In this document: positions 48,210 through 61,986 of the stretch, one piece after another
Position numbering within the stretch: position 1 is the first letter of the stretch
Layout of the letters: every line of letters begins with the position of its first letter
Assembly (NCBI RefSeq): GCF_000143415.4
Contig: NW_003314290.1
Span: 1,284,932-1,348,931, forward strand
Length of the DNA stretch: 64,000 bases
From: Selaginella moellendorffii
Lineage: Eukaryota > Plantae > Lycopodiophyta
Direction: 5' to 3'
Position numbers and translations under genes: made by a program
Notes under the pieces: model-generated
Told to the model about the DNA's origin: nothing
The model's input: only the letters and a program-made list of their open reading frames with translations
The model's database searches: none

Positions 48210-49747
48210 CCCTTCACCATTATACTTGGATTAGTGTTTGCATTGACTACGAGAAAAGCTTGAGAAAAGTAATTTACCTCTTCTTTCTCATAATCCACAT
48301 TAACTAATTCACCAACCCTTCAACCTTACCACCACCATCTTCCCTCATGACATTGATATAAGACCTTGTTTTATGCTTGTTAGGACATTCTAAACACTTA
48401 TATCCTACCTCTCCATAATGGAAGTAATGACCCACATTATATGTTCCTCTAGGAGTAGGTTTTGCTATTACTACTTGTACCCACTAAAAAGGAGGAATAA
48501 AGGGCATAGGACCAAAAGAAGCTACTAGTGGTTGCCAATTATCACCCTTATTAACTAATACTTATGAGCCTTTAAAGTGGAATTTCCCTTCCACCTTTTA
48601 TTTTCAATCATCTTGTTTATTCCCAGAGTTTTTATTCTTGTTTAAAATACCAACATACGGCTATTGATATTATGTTATGAGCAAGTGACTGAAGGCAACT
48701 TGTTGTGTTGCCTTCTTACACTCCAGATATGTCTTCAACTTAAACTTCAAAATTTCATTACAAAAAAGTGAACATAAACATTTTAGGAAATAACTTCAAA
48801 CATCTTTGTCATTTATATTTATAATCATAATGTGTTTCTACACAAACACATTAATATAATGCATAAGATCCTCATACTACTTTAACCAATGCAACTTTGC
48901 GCGAAGTTTTAAACTAAGATCATATGGCAAGTATTCTTTATGGTTACACGATTGCATTTTAGTCCAACTTCTAATTTGCCATTTTTTAGCGCACACCTAG
49001 TGCCATCAAGTTTTAGCATGATCAGTGAGAAAGGATTGCACACATATAACTTTCATATGATTATCTATGTTTGCCACTATGAAATAGTTTTCGATAATAT
49101 AAACCTAATTTTCCAAAACCTAATAGTCCCACATACTTATGAAATTGGGTGGTTTTAGAGGTTTGAATTTTGAAACTTGTGCAATTGAGGGCATTTGTAA
49201 AACTTCATCATCCTTAGAACTTGAAGAAGAGTCTAGTTGCTTAAGTTTAATTGATTTAGCTGCCTTATTTTATTTTTTCCTTTTTTTATTTTCCTTCTTC
49301 AATTTGCAAACTTTCTTTTGCAAATTCTCGATCTCAATCTACATTTTATAAATATCCTTTTGAGCAGATTTAGATACTTACCATAAATAGTATATAAATC
49401 CAAAATGGATAAGGCATGATAACGAAGATATCTAGTGAATATAGTAAACTATCATGTAACGATATTAATGGACTAAACTCAATATCATGGGGGTTCTTGA
49501 TACTCAAGATAATAACACGAGTTTATCAAATGAGGTTGAGTATGCTCAACAAGAAATACATAAAGGTTTTTACCTAATGTTTGTCTTATTTAAGTACACA
49601 TGCATTGACTAGTTTCTTAACTAGCCTAAATGGGAACTATAAAAGGAACCAATTGTACTGATCATTTGCCATTATGGCAATAAAGAGAGAATGTTCGTAA
49701 GGACTGACTAAAAAATATCTTTGATATCTAAAATTATATTTGTGACA
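48210..49747 (-). mobile_element. Decayed chromovirus gag plus partial 5' LTR
   Basis: Collinear with 24170-25300 (e.g. ACCACCATCTTCCCTCATGA, GAACTTGAAGA) and with LTR end 25940-26337. Confidence 0.85.
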
Positions 49748-51439
49748 CAAAGTGCAAATGAAGATTTATGTTCCAATTTTATAAGATTTGACTAGAAGCA
49801 GGAGATATAAGAAGGAGTATAGTGCAAAAATTCTATATTCAAAATTTATTCAAAGTTAAAATGTATATATATAAAAGGTATATATATGAAATCATCCCCT
49901 CTATACCTCTACTATTACCACTTTACTATTCTACCACCACCTTTTCTCTATGACTTAATATTTGAAGTTAAAATAAAAAACAAGTCAAACCAAATCTTTT
50001 TCATAATTAATTTTTCTTTTTATATTCATCCTATTACCCTTCCTCTCTACTTTATCACAAACTTTATTTTCCACCACTTTTATAAAATGATTTGTTCTTA
50101 CATTAAAGCATACTCTCCAACCTTGCAAAGATTTCTATCACCATTTAAAAATATTTTCTTGTATAACATACACATTCAACAATGGTCATGTAAATTTGCC
50201 ACCTTTAATACATCAATATTTTATTATATCAATAATAAAATATGATCCAATAACTATATAAGGAGGAGTCCCTCATGACAGAAGGCATTAGAGCATGGAA
50301 TGTGGAGTGATTCTAGTTTAAGTTTTTTCTTTTAGTTTTGCAATGTTTTTTTTTTGAGTACTACCTTTTTTGAAAAAACATAAAAATTAGGAGTTAGTGG
50401 AAATTCCTCTTTTCTTTTTTTCTCTCAAGGCATAAAGCATGCAAAGATGGGTGCATTACTAACTATCAATTTTGAATACAATGACTTCATAGCAGTGTGG
50501 AAAAAGGCTGAAAAATCAATGAAATTTTTATTGACTCCTTCATTAAAGATTTACTCTTGATCACATCATTACTTTGTAAAATCCTTCCAAAGAAGCACAT
50601 GGTCAGAATTTTTATGAGTGGACAATGTTTGGTGATCATGCAAAAGGCACTAATGAATTTTAGAGAATATAAATAAGACATGGATTATAAAGGAAAACAT
50701 TTGGAATCTTGCATTAAAGAAATGAAATCTAAAGTTCTTTTTTCTCCCTTATCATTTTTGGTGCGGTGAATGTCTGTTTTTCTTTTTCTTGAAAGTTATG
50801 AAAAATAAGTAATCAAGTAAAGTAGAAAGTTTAGTTGTTTATAGTAATTTATCCCTTCTAAAAAGAGTTGACTACAAATTTTATATATTTTAAAAATATA
50901 AAATAAAACCAATAAAATTTTAACTTTAGCTATATACTTTAAGTGCTCAAAATTGATTTTAATAAATATAAATACATTTTCATTCTCATATTTTACTTAT
51001 TGATTGGGATCAATATAATTTTTTATTTCTGTAGTAATGATAAAAAATAACCTAATTAATTCAAGATAATGACTGGATTAATGAGAAAATTTTTTTAAAA
51101 TTTTAAAAATTCTATAAAATTTAAACTTTGACTGAAATGATCAAGAATCATAGCACATTTTTAGCTTCATGTTCATGCTAAATCAGGTAGTTAAGTGGTG
51201 AGTTTATTTAAGACTAACTTCCTTTTTAAAAATGCTTAACAAAAGAAATATGATTCATTTAGAAATATGTATTTAAGTAACTATTATATAGTTTACTAAT
51301 AAAATTATTTAGCTAAAAATATGTATATCATATATAAAAATATAGTAATTGTAGGTTTGTGAATTCATATACATATACATATATACACACATAAAAACAT
51401 ATATATGTCACATGACGATGACATATATGACACATTTTT

Positions 51440-54400
51440 CTATTGGCTGGAAATATAGTATGATGTTATTCAGTACGTAGCTACATTTGGTGCCAAACTC
51501 GTAATACTCCCCTTCGTGGTGCAAAAGAACGGTTAGAGTTAATTGCAATTTCCCGTCCATTTTAGTTGGTGGTGTTTTGATCTATGGGACTTTTTCCATA
51601 ATTAATTATTAGCAATAAATATGTTATTATTGCTTCTGAATACTTGATTTGCTGGGTGGAAGTAGTGCTTTTGCTAGACGCTTATGTAACTCTTATTTGG
51701 ATACTTCCCTCCTCCAATAAGGTGGAGTTCTACAATTTTTTTTCGGAGTTGATTCTTTTCGGATAATTGTACTACATTTAGGGCTAAAACATTTCATGTT
51801 TTGATGTCTCCGTTGAGGATACGCCACATTTTCAGGAGTGTTTATCATCCACAGTTAAACGGTTTGGTGGAATGGCTCATTTCAGACATTCAAAGGGATG
51901 ATTGTGAAGTACATAAAACTTTTAGCATTTGAAATTGAAATAGTTATTTGCCATCTCTTCAGTATGCATATGTCACAAGAGTGTAAAGTTTTATTAGTGC
52001 TTCACCATATAAATTATTATATGGTTATGATCCAATATTACCTATGAAGTTGGGTTTACCTTTGCGATTGCCACGAACTACCGATATTAGGTCATGAGAT
52101 CAATATTTGATGAGCATTCTTCCACTTGTCCAAGTAGAGTCTACCAAACACTTAGACCACATACAAGTGAGACCACATACAAGTGAGATAACAACAACAC
52201 TACAACTCTTATCATCATACATCTGTGGAGTATAAAATGGATGACTTAGTGTTAGTCCATTTTCCCCATCTTACGGTACATGATTTATCAAAGGGGATTC
52301 CTTGCTCAGTGGAAAGGACTATATCTGGTGTTGAGGCAAATTGAACAGCAAGTTTATGAGGTTCGGCATAACGTCCAGTAGGCCAATCTTCCAAAAATTG
52401 TACATGTGTAGCAATTAAAACACTTTATACAAAGGGATCAAGAACAACTAATACCATCTATAAATCCATTGATGCTTCCTCCTGATATTCCTCCAAATCC
52501 TGGCCCATCTATGAGAGAACTTTGATGGTCTTCTATTATTTTGAGAGGAGGGGATGATATAGAGTCCAAGTGTACAACTATAATGCCGTATATTAATATT
52601 AGTGTAGTGAGATTTTGGTAACTATTGGATTGGTTTCAATCTGGACCACTCACTCCTATATATAAGTTAGGGTTTTTGGACTAATTGATATACACATTTT
52701 TTGTATTCCTTTTCCATATTTCATGCACTCACATTGGTGGAGATGAGGGGCACCTTTAATTGTCCCTAAGGAATGCTTGGATTTGGGATTTTGGTTTAAA
52801 TCTAATTTTTGCATTGTCTAAATCTAGCTTTTTCCTTTTCCTTTCTTTTGTTCTTTCCTTTCAGGATTTTGGTTTAAATCTAACTTTTCTATTGTCTAGA
52901 TCCTCCTTTTCTTCTAGCTTTTTTTTTCATTTCTCTTCTTTTGTTTTTTCCTTTTTATTCATCTTTATGGCAGAGCAACAATTTCCTCCTCCTTTGACTA
53001 TAGAGTAGCAATTGGTGCAATTGCTTGATACTATGCGATTGTAATTGAACAACCAAACTTAGTTGATGGCAGCATTCATGACACGTGGTACAGCTCTGAT
53101 GTGTACAATTAGTTTAATCACTTCACGGTGATTGCCACATATCATTCTTGGGATGATATTTGACATTTGCGTGAGTTTCCCACATGTCTCTAAGGGATGG
53201 TGCTGTAGTGGTACAATGGTTTGAGCACAGCCACTCGTGGGGATTAGAGTGTTCTCTAGGACGTCTTCAAACGTGCATTTGGACATGTCGATGATTGTGA
53301 TGATGTCTTCCAACAATTGCATCATCTTCGTCAAGGGCCATCTAAGTCAATGATGCAATTTGGCATTCGTTTTTAAGCCTCTTGCTTCGTGTAGAGCCAA
53401 ATATGTCAGAGTGGATCAAGCTAGGAATGTTGTAGCCAGCACTTCATCAAGATCTTGTCTGACTTGTGCATGCATTTGCTCCAGCCACCCTTGATGATGC
53501 TCTTCGCTTGACACAACATTATGAGACATCACCTGTTCCACTTCTTGCTGCACGTCCTTCAAGTCCACTTCCTATAGGTGATGGTCCTATTCTAGTGGAG
53601 GTTGATGCTGCTGCTGTTGCTCGAGTCCAAGGATAAGGGCGAAGACGTGGTTGTGGCCGTGATGTTCACTGTTGGGCGTGCGATGAAGTTAGTCACACTT
53701 ATTAGAGTTGTCAGCGTTTTCTGGATTGGCAACCTCCATTTCTTAGGTGCAGACCGTGGCATCAACGATGTTCTGTTGGTGCTGTTGCAGTGGAAGATCT
53801 AGACACCGAGATGCATTTGGGAAATGAGGAGTCGCACAAATGACAGAGGGACCTTGCGCGAATAAGTTAGTGACCGCTCCATCTTTCTTTCGGGAGTATC
53901 ATCAAGGGGTTCACTCAGCACCAGTTCATCTAGTGTTTACTTTCCAAACTCGTTTTTATAATAAAAGGTCTCCTATAATTCTTTTCATATTGGTTGATAC
54001 AAATTTGAGTTTATCTTCTATTACTCAACCTGTTGCCACACGTTGCCTTCTACACTTGCATCGTGCGGCAGAGCCAATTTTCATTCTTTATGGCAACGAC
54101 TGTACATATGCATGTGCTCGGGATGAGGTAGACCTAGTTATGCATGTAGGTGATCTTGAGTTTGAGTTGCAGTCATTGTGGGTGGTGCCGAGTCAAACTT
54201 TTGACCTCATCCGTGGTATGGATTAGTTGTAGCGCAATCATGTTAAGTGTGACTTTGAGGCTTCTCCCCCTTGTCTCATATTTTCTTATATTTTCCCATG
54301 AATAAGAGTGCACCCCCTTTTCCAATCGGTTAAGGGTCTTGGGATATTTGGGGTTAAGCATCCTTGGGTTTGAATAGTACTGGGCTAGGTGACCTCCCGG

Positions 54401-57400
54401 GAAGTCCAAACTCAGGAGTTTACAATATTTCATCCATTCCTTTCACTTTCGTACCTTTTCATCCCTCTACTTCTACCTTTGCTTCCATTACTTTTGTTTC
54501 CCCATTACTTGCTTCTATGTTTTTGTCTTGTTCTGCTCTTCCCTTTTCTGATCCCTTTGACGGTTTTTGTGTTGTGGTGGTTGACCGACTTATGAAGGAG
54601 TATGCCGATCTCTTTGAATTTGACCTATTGTTTGGGGCCAAAGTTGCCACATATCATCCAATTCCAACTGGGGATGCTTGTCTAATCAAGGTTTTTGCTC
54701 GTTGTCGATCACCTAAAGAGATCAAGATTTTATATGCAAACGTCAAAGAGATGTTGGAAAAGGATGTTATTTGAAAGTTACGGAGTTCTTGGGCATGTGA
54801 ACCTCATTTTGTGACGAAACCTGATGGGAGTATTCATTTCTACATCGACTATTGTCCATTAAATGAAGTGACAATCCCAGATGTGTACCCTCTTCCTCAC
54901 ACTATTAATCTCTTGAATCGTCTAGGGAAAAGCCATTGGTTCACCAAGCTAGATCTTGCTTCTAGGTACTGGCAAGTACTGATTGCCAAAAAAGATATTC
55001 CTAAGACTGTTTTTCATACATCATTTAGTTTGTACGAGTTCTTGGTAATACCTTTGGTTTGAACAATGCTCTAGTGACTTTCTCCTTTGAGTGGATCAAG
55101 ACATCATTAATAGTCATCTTCGGCATATCACAAAGAACCTCGTCCATTGAGAGGAACACATTTATGATGTTTGTAAAGTGTTGGATTGGCTACAGGATAT
55201 TGGTCTAAAGTTGAAACGGTCGAAGTGCGTGTTTAGGTCCAAGAACACGACTTATCTTGAGTACCATATTTCTCATGAGAGTTTGCAAGTTGATCATAAC
55301 AAACTTATGGCTGTTCTAAAGTTTCCTACTCTGAAGTGTGTGAATGATGTGCAGTGCTTTTTGCATAAGGTGCAGTATTTCGATTGTTTTATGGATCATA
55401 TTTCTGATTGCACTGCACTATTGCAAGTGTTGCTGAAGTCATCAATGTCATCTTTTATTTGGTTTGTAGACTGTGAGTGGGCGTTCATGGATCTCAAAGA
55501 GCTATTAACAACTCCTCTAGTTTTGGCATATCTTGACTACACTTGACTTTTCATCTTGCATAAGGATAATTTTGATATTGGTTTTAGAGATGTGTTGATG
55601 CAAAAAAGCCCAAGTGTGCCTAGTCAGCGCCATCCCATTGCATACATTAGCCATACATTACAACCGGCGAAGGTAAACAACTCCACAACAAAAAATGAGT
55701 GTTTAGTAGCAGTCTGGGGTTTCAAGAAACTTCATACATATCTACATAGTTCTTGGATGTTATTAGAAGGTGATTATGCTGCCATTACTTTATTATTAAA
55801 ACGGAAGAACTTGGTTGGTCATACTACTCGATGGGCTTTGAAGCTTTAGATATATAATTTTGATGTTGTTCATCGCCTTGGGAGTTCTATAGCTGACGAT
55901 GATGCCCTTTCTCAAGTTCTTCTTCCTTCTTCATTTTCTTCTCATGTTTTTGATGAGCTTGTTGTTTCAACATTTATGGATTTTCTAGACGAGGATTCTA
56001 TGCTATCGGCGGTTGCTATACTTGACATTCAGTATCCACAAAGTACAGAGCAAGATCTACCTTTTCTTAATGAGGGACTTACCCAGCTTCTTGGTCATAC
56101 AACGATGTCCCATATGCCCACCTAAAATAAGAGAATCATGGTAGGCATGGAGATACTGTAGAATAAAGACAAAAGGCACCACTAACCATAAATAATCATC
56201 AGGATCCATCCCCAAAAAATAAAGAAGGCCATTTTCAAGGCAATATTAAAAATGTAAATGCCGAAATGGCAAGTCATCAATAAGTGATGTAAGATTCTCA
56301 AACCCTTCTTGAAGCTGTCGAATCCATGGCTTAATCTTTATTGGCCAAAGATGCAACATGATGTTATTTGGTATGTGTGTAGTTGTGTTTGGTGCCAAGT
56401 TTGTAATACTCCCCCTCGTGCTGTGGAAGGATAGTTGGAGTCAATTGTAATTTCTCGTTTATTTGAGTTGGTGGCATTTAATTTTATGGGACCTTTTCCA
56501 CGATCGGTTGTTGGCAATGAGTATGCTATTATTGCTTCTGACTACTTAACTCGTTGGATGGAAGTTGGTGTTCTTGCTAACGCCTTTGCAACTGCTATTG
56601 GATACTTCCCCCTTAATCGAGTGGTGTTCTAACATTCTTGTCTAGAGCGGATTCTTTCAGATAATGGTCTTACATTTCATGTTTTGACATCTCACTTAGG
56701 GATACACCACACTTTCATGAGTGCTTATCATCCATAGTTAGATGGTTTGGTGAAATGGCTCATTTGGACATTCAAAGAGATATCGTGAATTATGTGAACT
56801 TTCAGCATTTAGATTGGGATGGTTATTTTCTCGTCTTCTTGGTATACATATGTCACAGGGGTGTAGAGTTCTGTTGGTGTTTCACTATATAAACTCCTAT
56901 ATGGTCATGATCCAATATTACCAACAGAGCTAGGTTTACCTTTGCGATTGCCACGAACTATCGATGCTAGGTTGTAGGATTAATATTTGATGAGCATTTT
57001 TCCACTTGTCCGAGTAGAGTTTGCTAAACACCTAGACTATATACAAGTGGGACAACAATGATGCTACAACTCCCATCATCGTTCACCTGCAAAGTACAAA
57101 GTGGATGACTTAATGTTAGTTTATTTTCCCCATTTTACGGTACGTGGTTTATCTAAGAAGCACCTTGCTTAGTGGAAAGGATCATATCGGGTGTTGCAAC
57201 AAGTTAGACCACAAGTTTATGAGGTTCGACATAACATACAGCAAGCTGACCCCTAGAAAGTGTAGCTGTTGAAAAGCTTTTTACAAAAGGATCAAGAATA
57301 ACTAATACCACCTACAAATCCATTGGTGCCTCCTCCTAATGTTCCACCAAATCTCAGCCCATCTACAAGAAAACCTTGATGGTCTTCCATTATTCTGAGA

Positions 57401-57590
57401 GGAGGGGATGATGTGAGGTCCAAGTGTACAGATATAATGCTGTATACTAATATTAGCATAGTGGAATTTAGTAACTGTTGGATTATTTTCAATCTGAACC
57501 ACTTGCTTTTGTATATAAATTAGGGTTTTTGGGCTAATTGATATGCACATTTTCTGTATTCCCTTTCTATATTCCATGCACTCTCTCACA
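51440..57590 (+). mobile_element. Tandem family A elements sharing a central LTR (integrase-LTR-PBS-gag-pol-LTR)
   Basis: Integrase remnant 51440-52540, PPT, LTR 52558-52733, PBS TGGTGGAGATGAGGGGCA at 52735-52752, gag from ~52967, RT/RH ORF fragments 54811-55849, integrase, PPT, LTR 57412-~57590. Confidence 0.9.
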
Positions 57591-57722
57591 CACACACATG
57601 TATATGTATACATATATATATATATATACATACATACATATATACATACATATATACATATATATACATATGTATATGTATATATGTGTGTATATGTATG
57701 TATATATGTATAGATGTATGTA
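57586..57722. repeat. Compound (CA)/(TA)/(TG) microsatellite
   Basis: Seen directly; abuts the LTR 3' end. Confidence 0.9.
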
Positions 57723-58069
57723 TTACCCTACTTTCATAATACATTAATGTAGTGTAACATATAGACTGTTCAATTGGGATTAATCCCTAAACAATAATTC
57801 TTATATCCCAAACACTCACATTAGTGGAGTGGAGGGGCACTACAAATTATCACTAAAGAGTAAAGCTTTTTGGCAAAGTGTTTGCAATTGTTCCACTTTG
57901 TTTATTCCCTCATTCTTCCATTAAATTTAGCTTCTCCATTGTCTAGATCATTATTGCTTTTGGAACTAACTTGATATCATAAATATTCTAAGAATCTCAA
58001 ATGGTATAAGGCCAAAAGTCATTTGCATAGGTCATCTTTCAATCTTACTACATCTAGAATGGCATTAAA

Positions 58070-58415
58070 TGTAACACACATGAATTTGGAGCCAAAATCT
58101 AAACTTATTATGTTACAAAATAAGTTTAGTACACTTTCAATCTTATGAGCATCAACTCCATATCCAGCATCTACATGCAAAATGGTGTCAGACATGGTTT
58201 AGCACAATTTTGGCATATTAATAGCCTAAAACAAGGAGATGGGTACCCTATTAACTAACAGAGCATGGAATTTGGGATTAGACCTATGTTAAATATAGAA
58301 TAGAGAGCAATATAACTTAGAAAAAGCTAAACTAATAATGTCTCAAATGTTCAACTATGTAATTTAACCATTATCCCCACTATACATTTGAAACCCTTTA
58401 TAACCCCTACCCACC
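58070..58415 (-). mobile_element. Truncated chromovirus-family LTR
   Basis: TGTAACACACATGAATTTGGAGCCAAA...AAAATGGTGTCAGAC...TATACATTTG matches 19219-19545. Confidence 0.8.
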
Positions 58416-58966
58416 CATCTCAGTGATGTTTTAAATGAGTTTTTCCAACTAAATATTATCAACAAGGAAAGTTAAAACTGGGCTAACTATTGTTTGACTA
58501 ACTAAGAATTTTTTTTTTTTATTAATAGAATCCTTGATCAGTTTCGGTTTTGAGCATTCCTATATTCCACAATTTTCCAAAGTTTTAAGTTGAATGTATT
58601 TTCCTCAATATGAATAGTATTAAAAAAATTATTTTACTGTTGTTACTAAAAAAATTATATATTTTTTTGAGAGTGGAGTTTTCCATTGATTTCTTTGTCT
58701 TCTTTATCTCCTTAAGGCATTTTATAACAAGATGTCAGGTCTAATCCTTAATTAAGATATCTATTTAAATATCCCAACCACTCACAATGTTTACTTTATA
58801 AATATTTTCTAAATGTGAAAGTTTATTTAAAATTGTTTTCTAGTAAATTCAAGACCGGATTAAAAGCTTTAAGTTACAACAGCTAATTTGTAAAGTTAAA
58901 TATGGATATACTAACTTCAAAAACTAGAATATTCACATTTGATGCCAGCACTAGGGTTTCTTTTGG

Positions 58967-59890
58967 ATGTGGGGGAGTGGCAAGGCGATGCTCCAGGGCT
59001 GGTTCAATGGTGGCCCCAGCGGCGATGGAGCTGCCGGCGATGGAGCTCCTAGCCTTCTATCGCAGTGGAATTCCTACGCGGAGGTATCGCGCCAGGAGGC
59101 CGGGGGTCTGGATGTGGAAGCCGGCGCGCTCTTCAAATCCGCCAACGACACAATCTCCGGCGCATTCAGCACGTAAGATCTCGTTTCCTCTCCAGATCCT
59201 GGTTTCTAGAGCCCGATCCGTGCTATGCTCGCACACAATTCTGTGTTTAGTTTCATGTTTTCTTTGTCAGGTTGTCTAAGGGCGTGAGAGAGCTTCCTGG
59301 AAGCGTACAATCGGCGACGAGCGGGATTCCTTCTGGAAAGGCGATCACATACTTTGCTCTGCTGCTGGGATCCGGGGTCTTCTTCCTCTTCATCTCCTTC
59401 ACTATGTTCTTGCCGGTGATCGTTCTCGTGCCTCAAAAGTTTGCGTCGTGCTTCACGATCGGATGTCTGCTCGTCATGGGATCTTTCTTCGCGCTGAAAG
59501 GTCCTCGCGCGCAGTTTGCTCACATGATCTCGCAGGAGGTGAGAAGTTCTTAGATTTGTTCCATGGATTGGTGGTCTCACGCTTTCGTTCTTTCTTTCTT
59601 TTTTGGATTTGTAGAGGTTGCCTTTCACTGCGGCCTTCGTTGGAAGCATTGTGGCGACGATCTACGCGTCGATGGTGTTGCACAGCTACTTGTTCTCAGT
59701 TCTTTTCTCTGTAGTTCAGGTAAGCTCGAGCTACTTCGAAAAAATCAAGTTTGCTTCTTTTCTTTTTGCGTGTTTGCAGCTTCTGGCATTGCTCTACTAT
59801 GTCATATCCTACTTCCCAGGTGGCTCCTCGGGCCTCACCTTTATATCCTCCATGGCCAAATCGTCTGCCTCAAGAGTTTTTGGTGGCTAA
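58967..59890 (+). CDS. SFT2: Got1/SFT2-family vesicle transport protein; exons 58967-59172, 59271-59538, 59615-59719, 59780-59890
   Basis: LLSQWNSYA, FLPVIVLVPQKFASCFTIGC, LKGPRAQFAHMISQERLPFT, ALLYYVISYFPGGSSGL; four hydrophobic segments; GT-AG introns in frame. Confidence 0.92.
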
Positions 59891-60115
59891 AAAGTTTGTA
59901 AGTTTTCGTGCTTTCAATGTAGACATTCATTGTTGTAGTTCTTGCCACTTGAAGAAATCGATTGGTGATACTTGGAAGATGAGTAAGCTTCTAGCAAAAA
60001 AATGTTGGAAGACTTGGGAAGAATGTATGGATTCATATTAAGAGAGACAATGACAATGACAATGAAACTAACAATGAGACAATGACAATGAAATACTTAA
60101 TACATAGCTTAAGGC

Positions 60116-61363
60116 TTACGCTTCGTCTCCTTCCTCGTTCATGGCCGCAAAGTCCAGTGGATAGCGAAGAATCCCTCCAATCCCTCCATATCCCGAGCAA
60201 AAGCTAGACCCTTCCTCCGTGTGATTCGTGATTATGTGCAGCTCGCACCCAAATCCTTTGTACTCCTCCGCAAGCCACTCCACCAGAGCCTTCTCTTCCA
60301 CCTCCCTGTTCCTTGGAACCTCTTCCTTCGCTTCCTCCTTGCTCAAAACCTTGGTCACCTTGTTCCCGGTCTGGGGATCGTCGTAGACATACCTCCTCGT
60401 TTCCAAATCCTCGTAAACAATCAAGCTCTTCACCGCTCCCATTTCCAACGCCTGGAGCGTGTCCCTGATCCCCGATACGTGCTTGTTGGAGCAGACTCCG
60501 ACCTCCTCGAAGAACTCCCCCAGCAGCTTCTTCTCCTGGACGAACTTCACGCTGGCTAGAACATCCTCCGAGAGCTCGATCGCCTGATTAAACCCCCGTT
60601 CTCCTCCATGGGATATAGTCACCACCTTGAGAACTTTGGCCCTCAGCCGGGGATCCAGCAAGGGCTCCAGCTCCGTCTTGAGATCGGCGCTCCCCGCGAG
60701 GATCAATCCCGCAACGTTGGCCTGGCTGCTGCTGGGATCGATGAAGTGCTTCACGGCAGCTTCGGATGCCTGGACGAGATAGTTGTGGCGGCACCCGGTT
60801 CTTAGTCTATCGAATCGCAAGGCCGACTGCCCTCCCCGGCCGTGCTTCTTCGGCAAGTCCACGCTGGACTTGTCGAGGATTAACCGTCAAGCCCCACTGA
60901 GCGTCCCAAACAAGGTCCCGTTACCGTCCATGACGATGAATCCATACTTGGTCTCGGACTCCTCGAGCAGGAAGTCCAAAAGCTCCGTGTGGAACCTCTT
61001 GTCGCAGAGATACGCAAACCGGCTCAAGGGCTTGGCGGGCTCAAAGCTCACGGCAATCATCCTGTCCTTGTTGCCCCCTAGAGCAATCGTCCCCACGAAG
61101 ATCGCCAGGCCCCTGGGCGGCACCTTGGAGTAGAGCTTCAGCCGCTGCTGGGCCGATTTGATGGCGCCCTGGACCGACTGGCGATTGGTCCGGCTCTTGA
61201 TGTTCGCCGCCGCCCCCATCTCCTCCACCAGGAGCTTCTGGACCCTAGCCACTTGATCTCGCGGCGGCACCATGAGCGTGATCATGCTCGTCCCGTTACC
61301 TTGCATCTCGCTCAGATCGCCGAGAAGCCTGCGCGTGCGCCATAGCTCCACGCCGACCTCCAT
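60116..61363 (-). CDS. eRF1: Divergent eukaryotic release factor 1 with an in-frame UGA at codon 159 (readthrough candidate or young pseudogene)
   Basis: [74 protein letters not shown]. ORFs 60887-61363 and 60116-60862 are in the same frame, separated by TGA (60889-60887) and 8 sense codons. Confidence 0.9.
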
Positions 61364-61986
61364 CGCTTCTTTCTCGCCCTAAAATCTCCTCAAGCCCTAC
61401 GCGCAGGGCACGATTATATACCCCCAGCTTTTCAATCCTGCCCGTCCGATATAACTCAAATTTAACCTCGGAGATCCACGGCTGGCGTTTGAAAAGAATT
61501 TACCGACGCGAGAATCTTCCTTTTTTACACTAGGGTTCTTCCTGTTTGCATGGTTTTGTTGAACGAGGGCCGCTCAAGCGTGGGCGGAGCCTTCCAAGTG
61601 AAATCTATGGTCGCTTCTTCCTTTTCCTCGCACATTTAGCGTGTCTAGTGTGTGCGCTCTACCTCGTTCAACGCTCTTTCTCTCACCTACCATTCTTCCA
61701 CAAAGGCTGCCGCGCGTGCGCTCTACATTTGAGAGATTTCTCCTCGCCTTGGGGACGAGATTTTGGATTCGCGGTTCGCAGATCTGGGAGGAATCGCTCG
61801 GCAAGTTCAGGTAGCTTTTCTTTGAGGAATTCGCCCAAATTTGTTTTTTTTTTCTTCGGTCTGTGTTCTTCGAATTTTTTTCTGGGCTTTCGGCCTGTGC
61901 ATGCTTTGCTCGATTAATGTGGGTGTGTTTCGCGTGATCCAAGTTCTTACAAACTTGTGGTGCTTGTCTCCAAATTCTAGAGAGCT
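61364..61986. promoter_or_regulatory. Shared divergent promoter region of eRF1 and PGM, including a likely PGM 5'UTR intron (61811-61980)
   Basis: Divergent ATGs 623 bp apart; TATATA at ~61415; telo-box-like TAGGGTT at 61531; CAG/GTAG donor at 61811 and TTCTAG acceptor at 61980. Confidence 0.5.

Noticed and set aside
57538-57747. Tyr/Ile/His-rich ORFs
   Set aside because: Translation of the TA/CA microsatellite.
60046-60092. ACAATG hexamer repeats between SFT2 and eRF1; array-like appearance
   Set aside because: Simple degenerate tandem repeat with no spacers; not CRISPR-like and no evidence of function.
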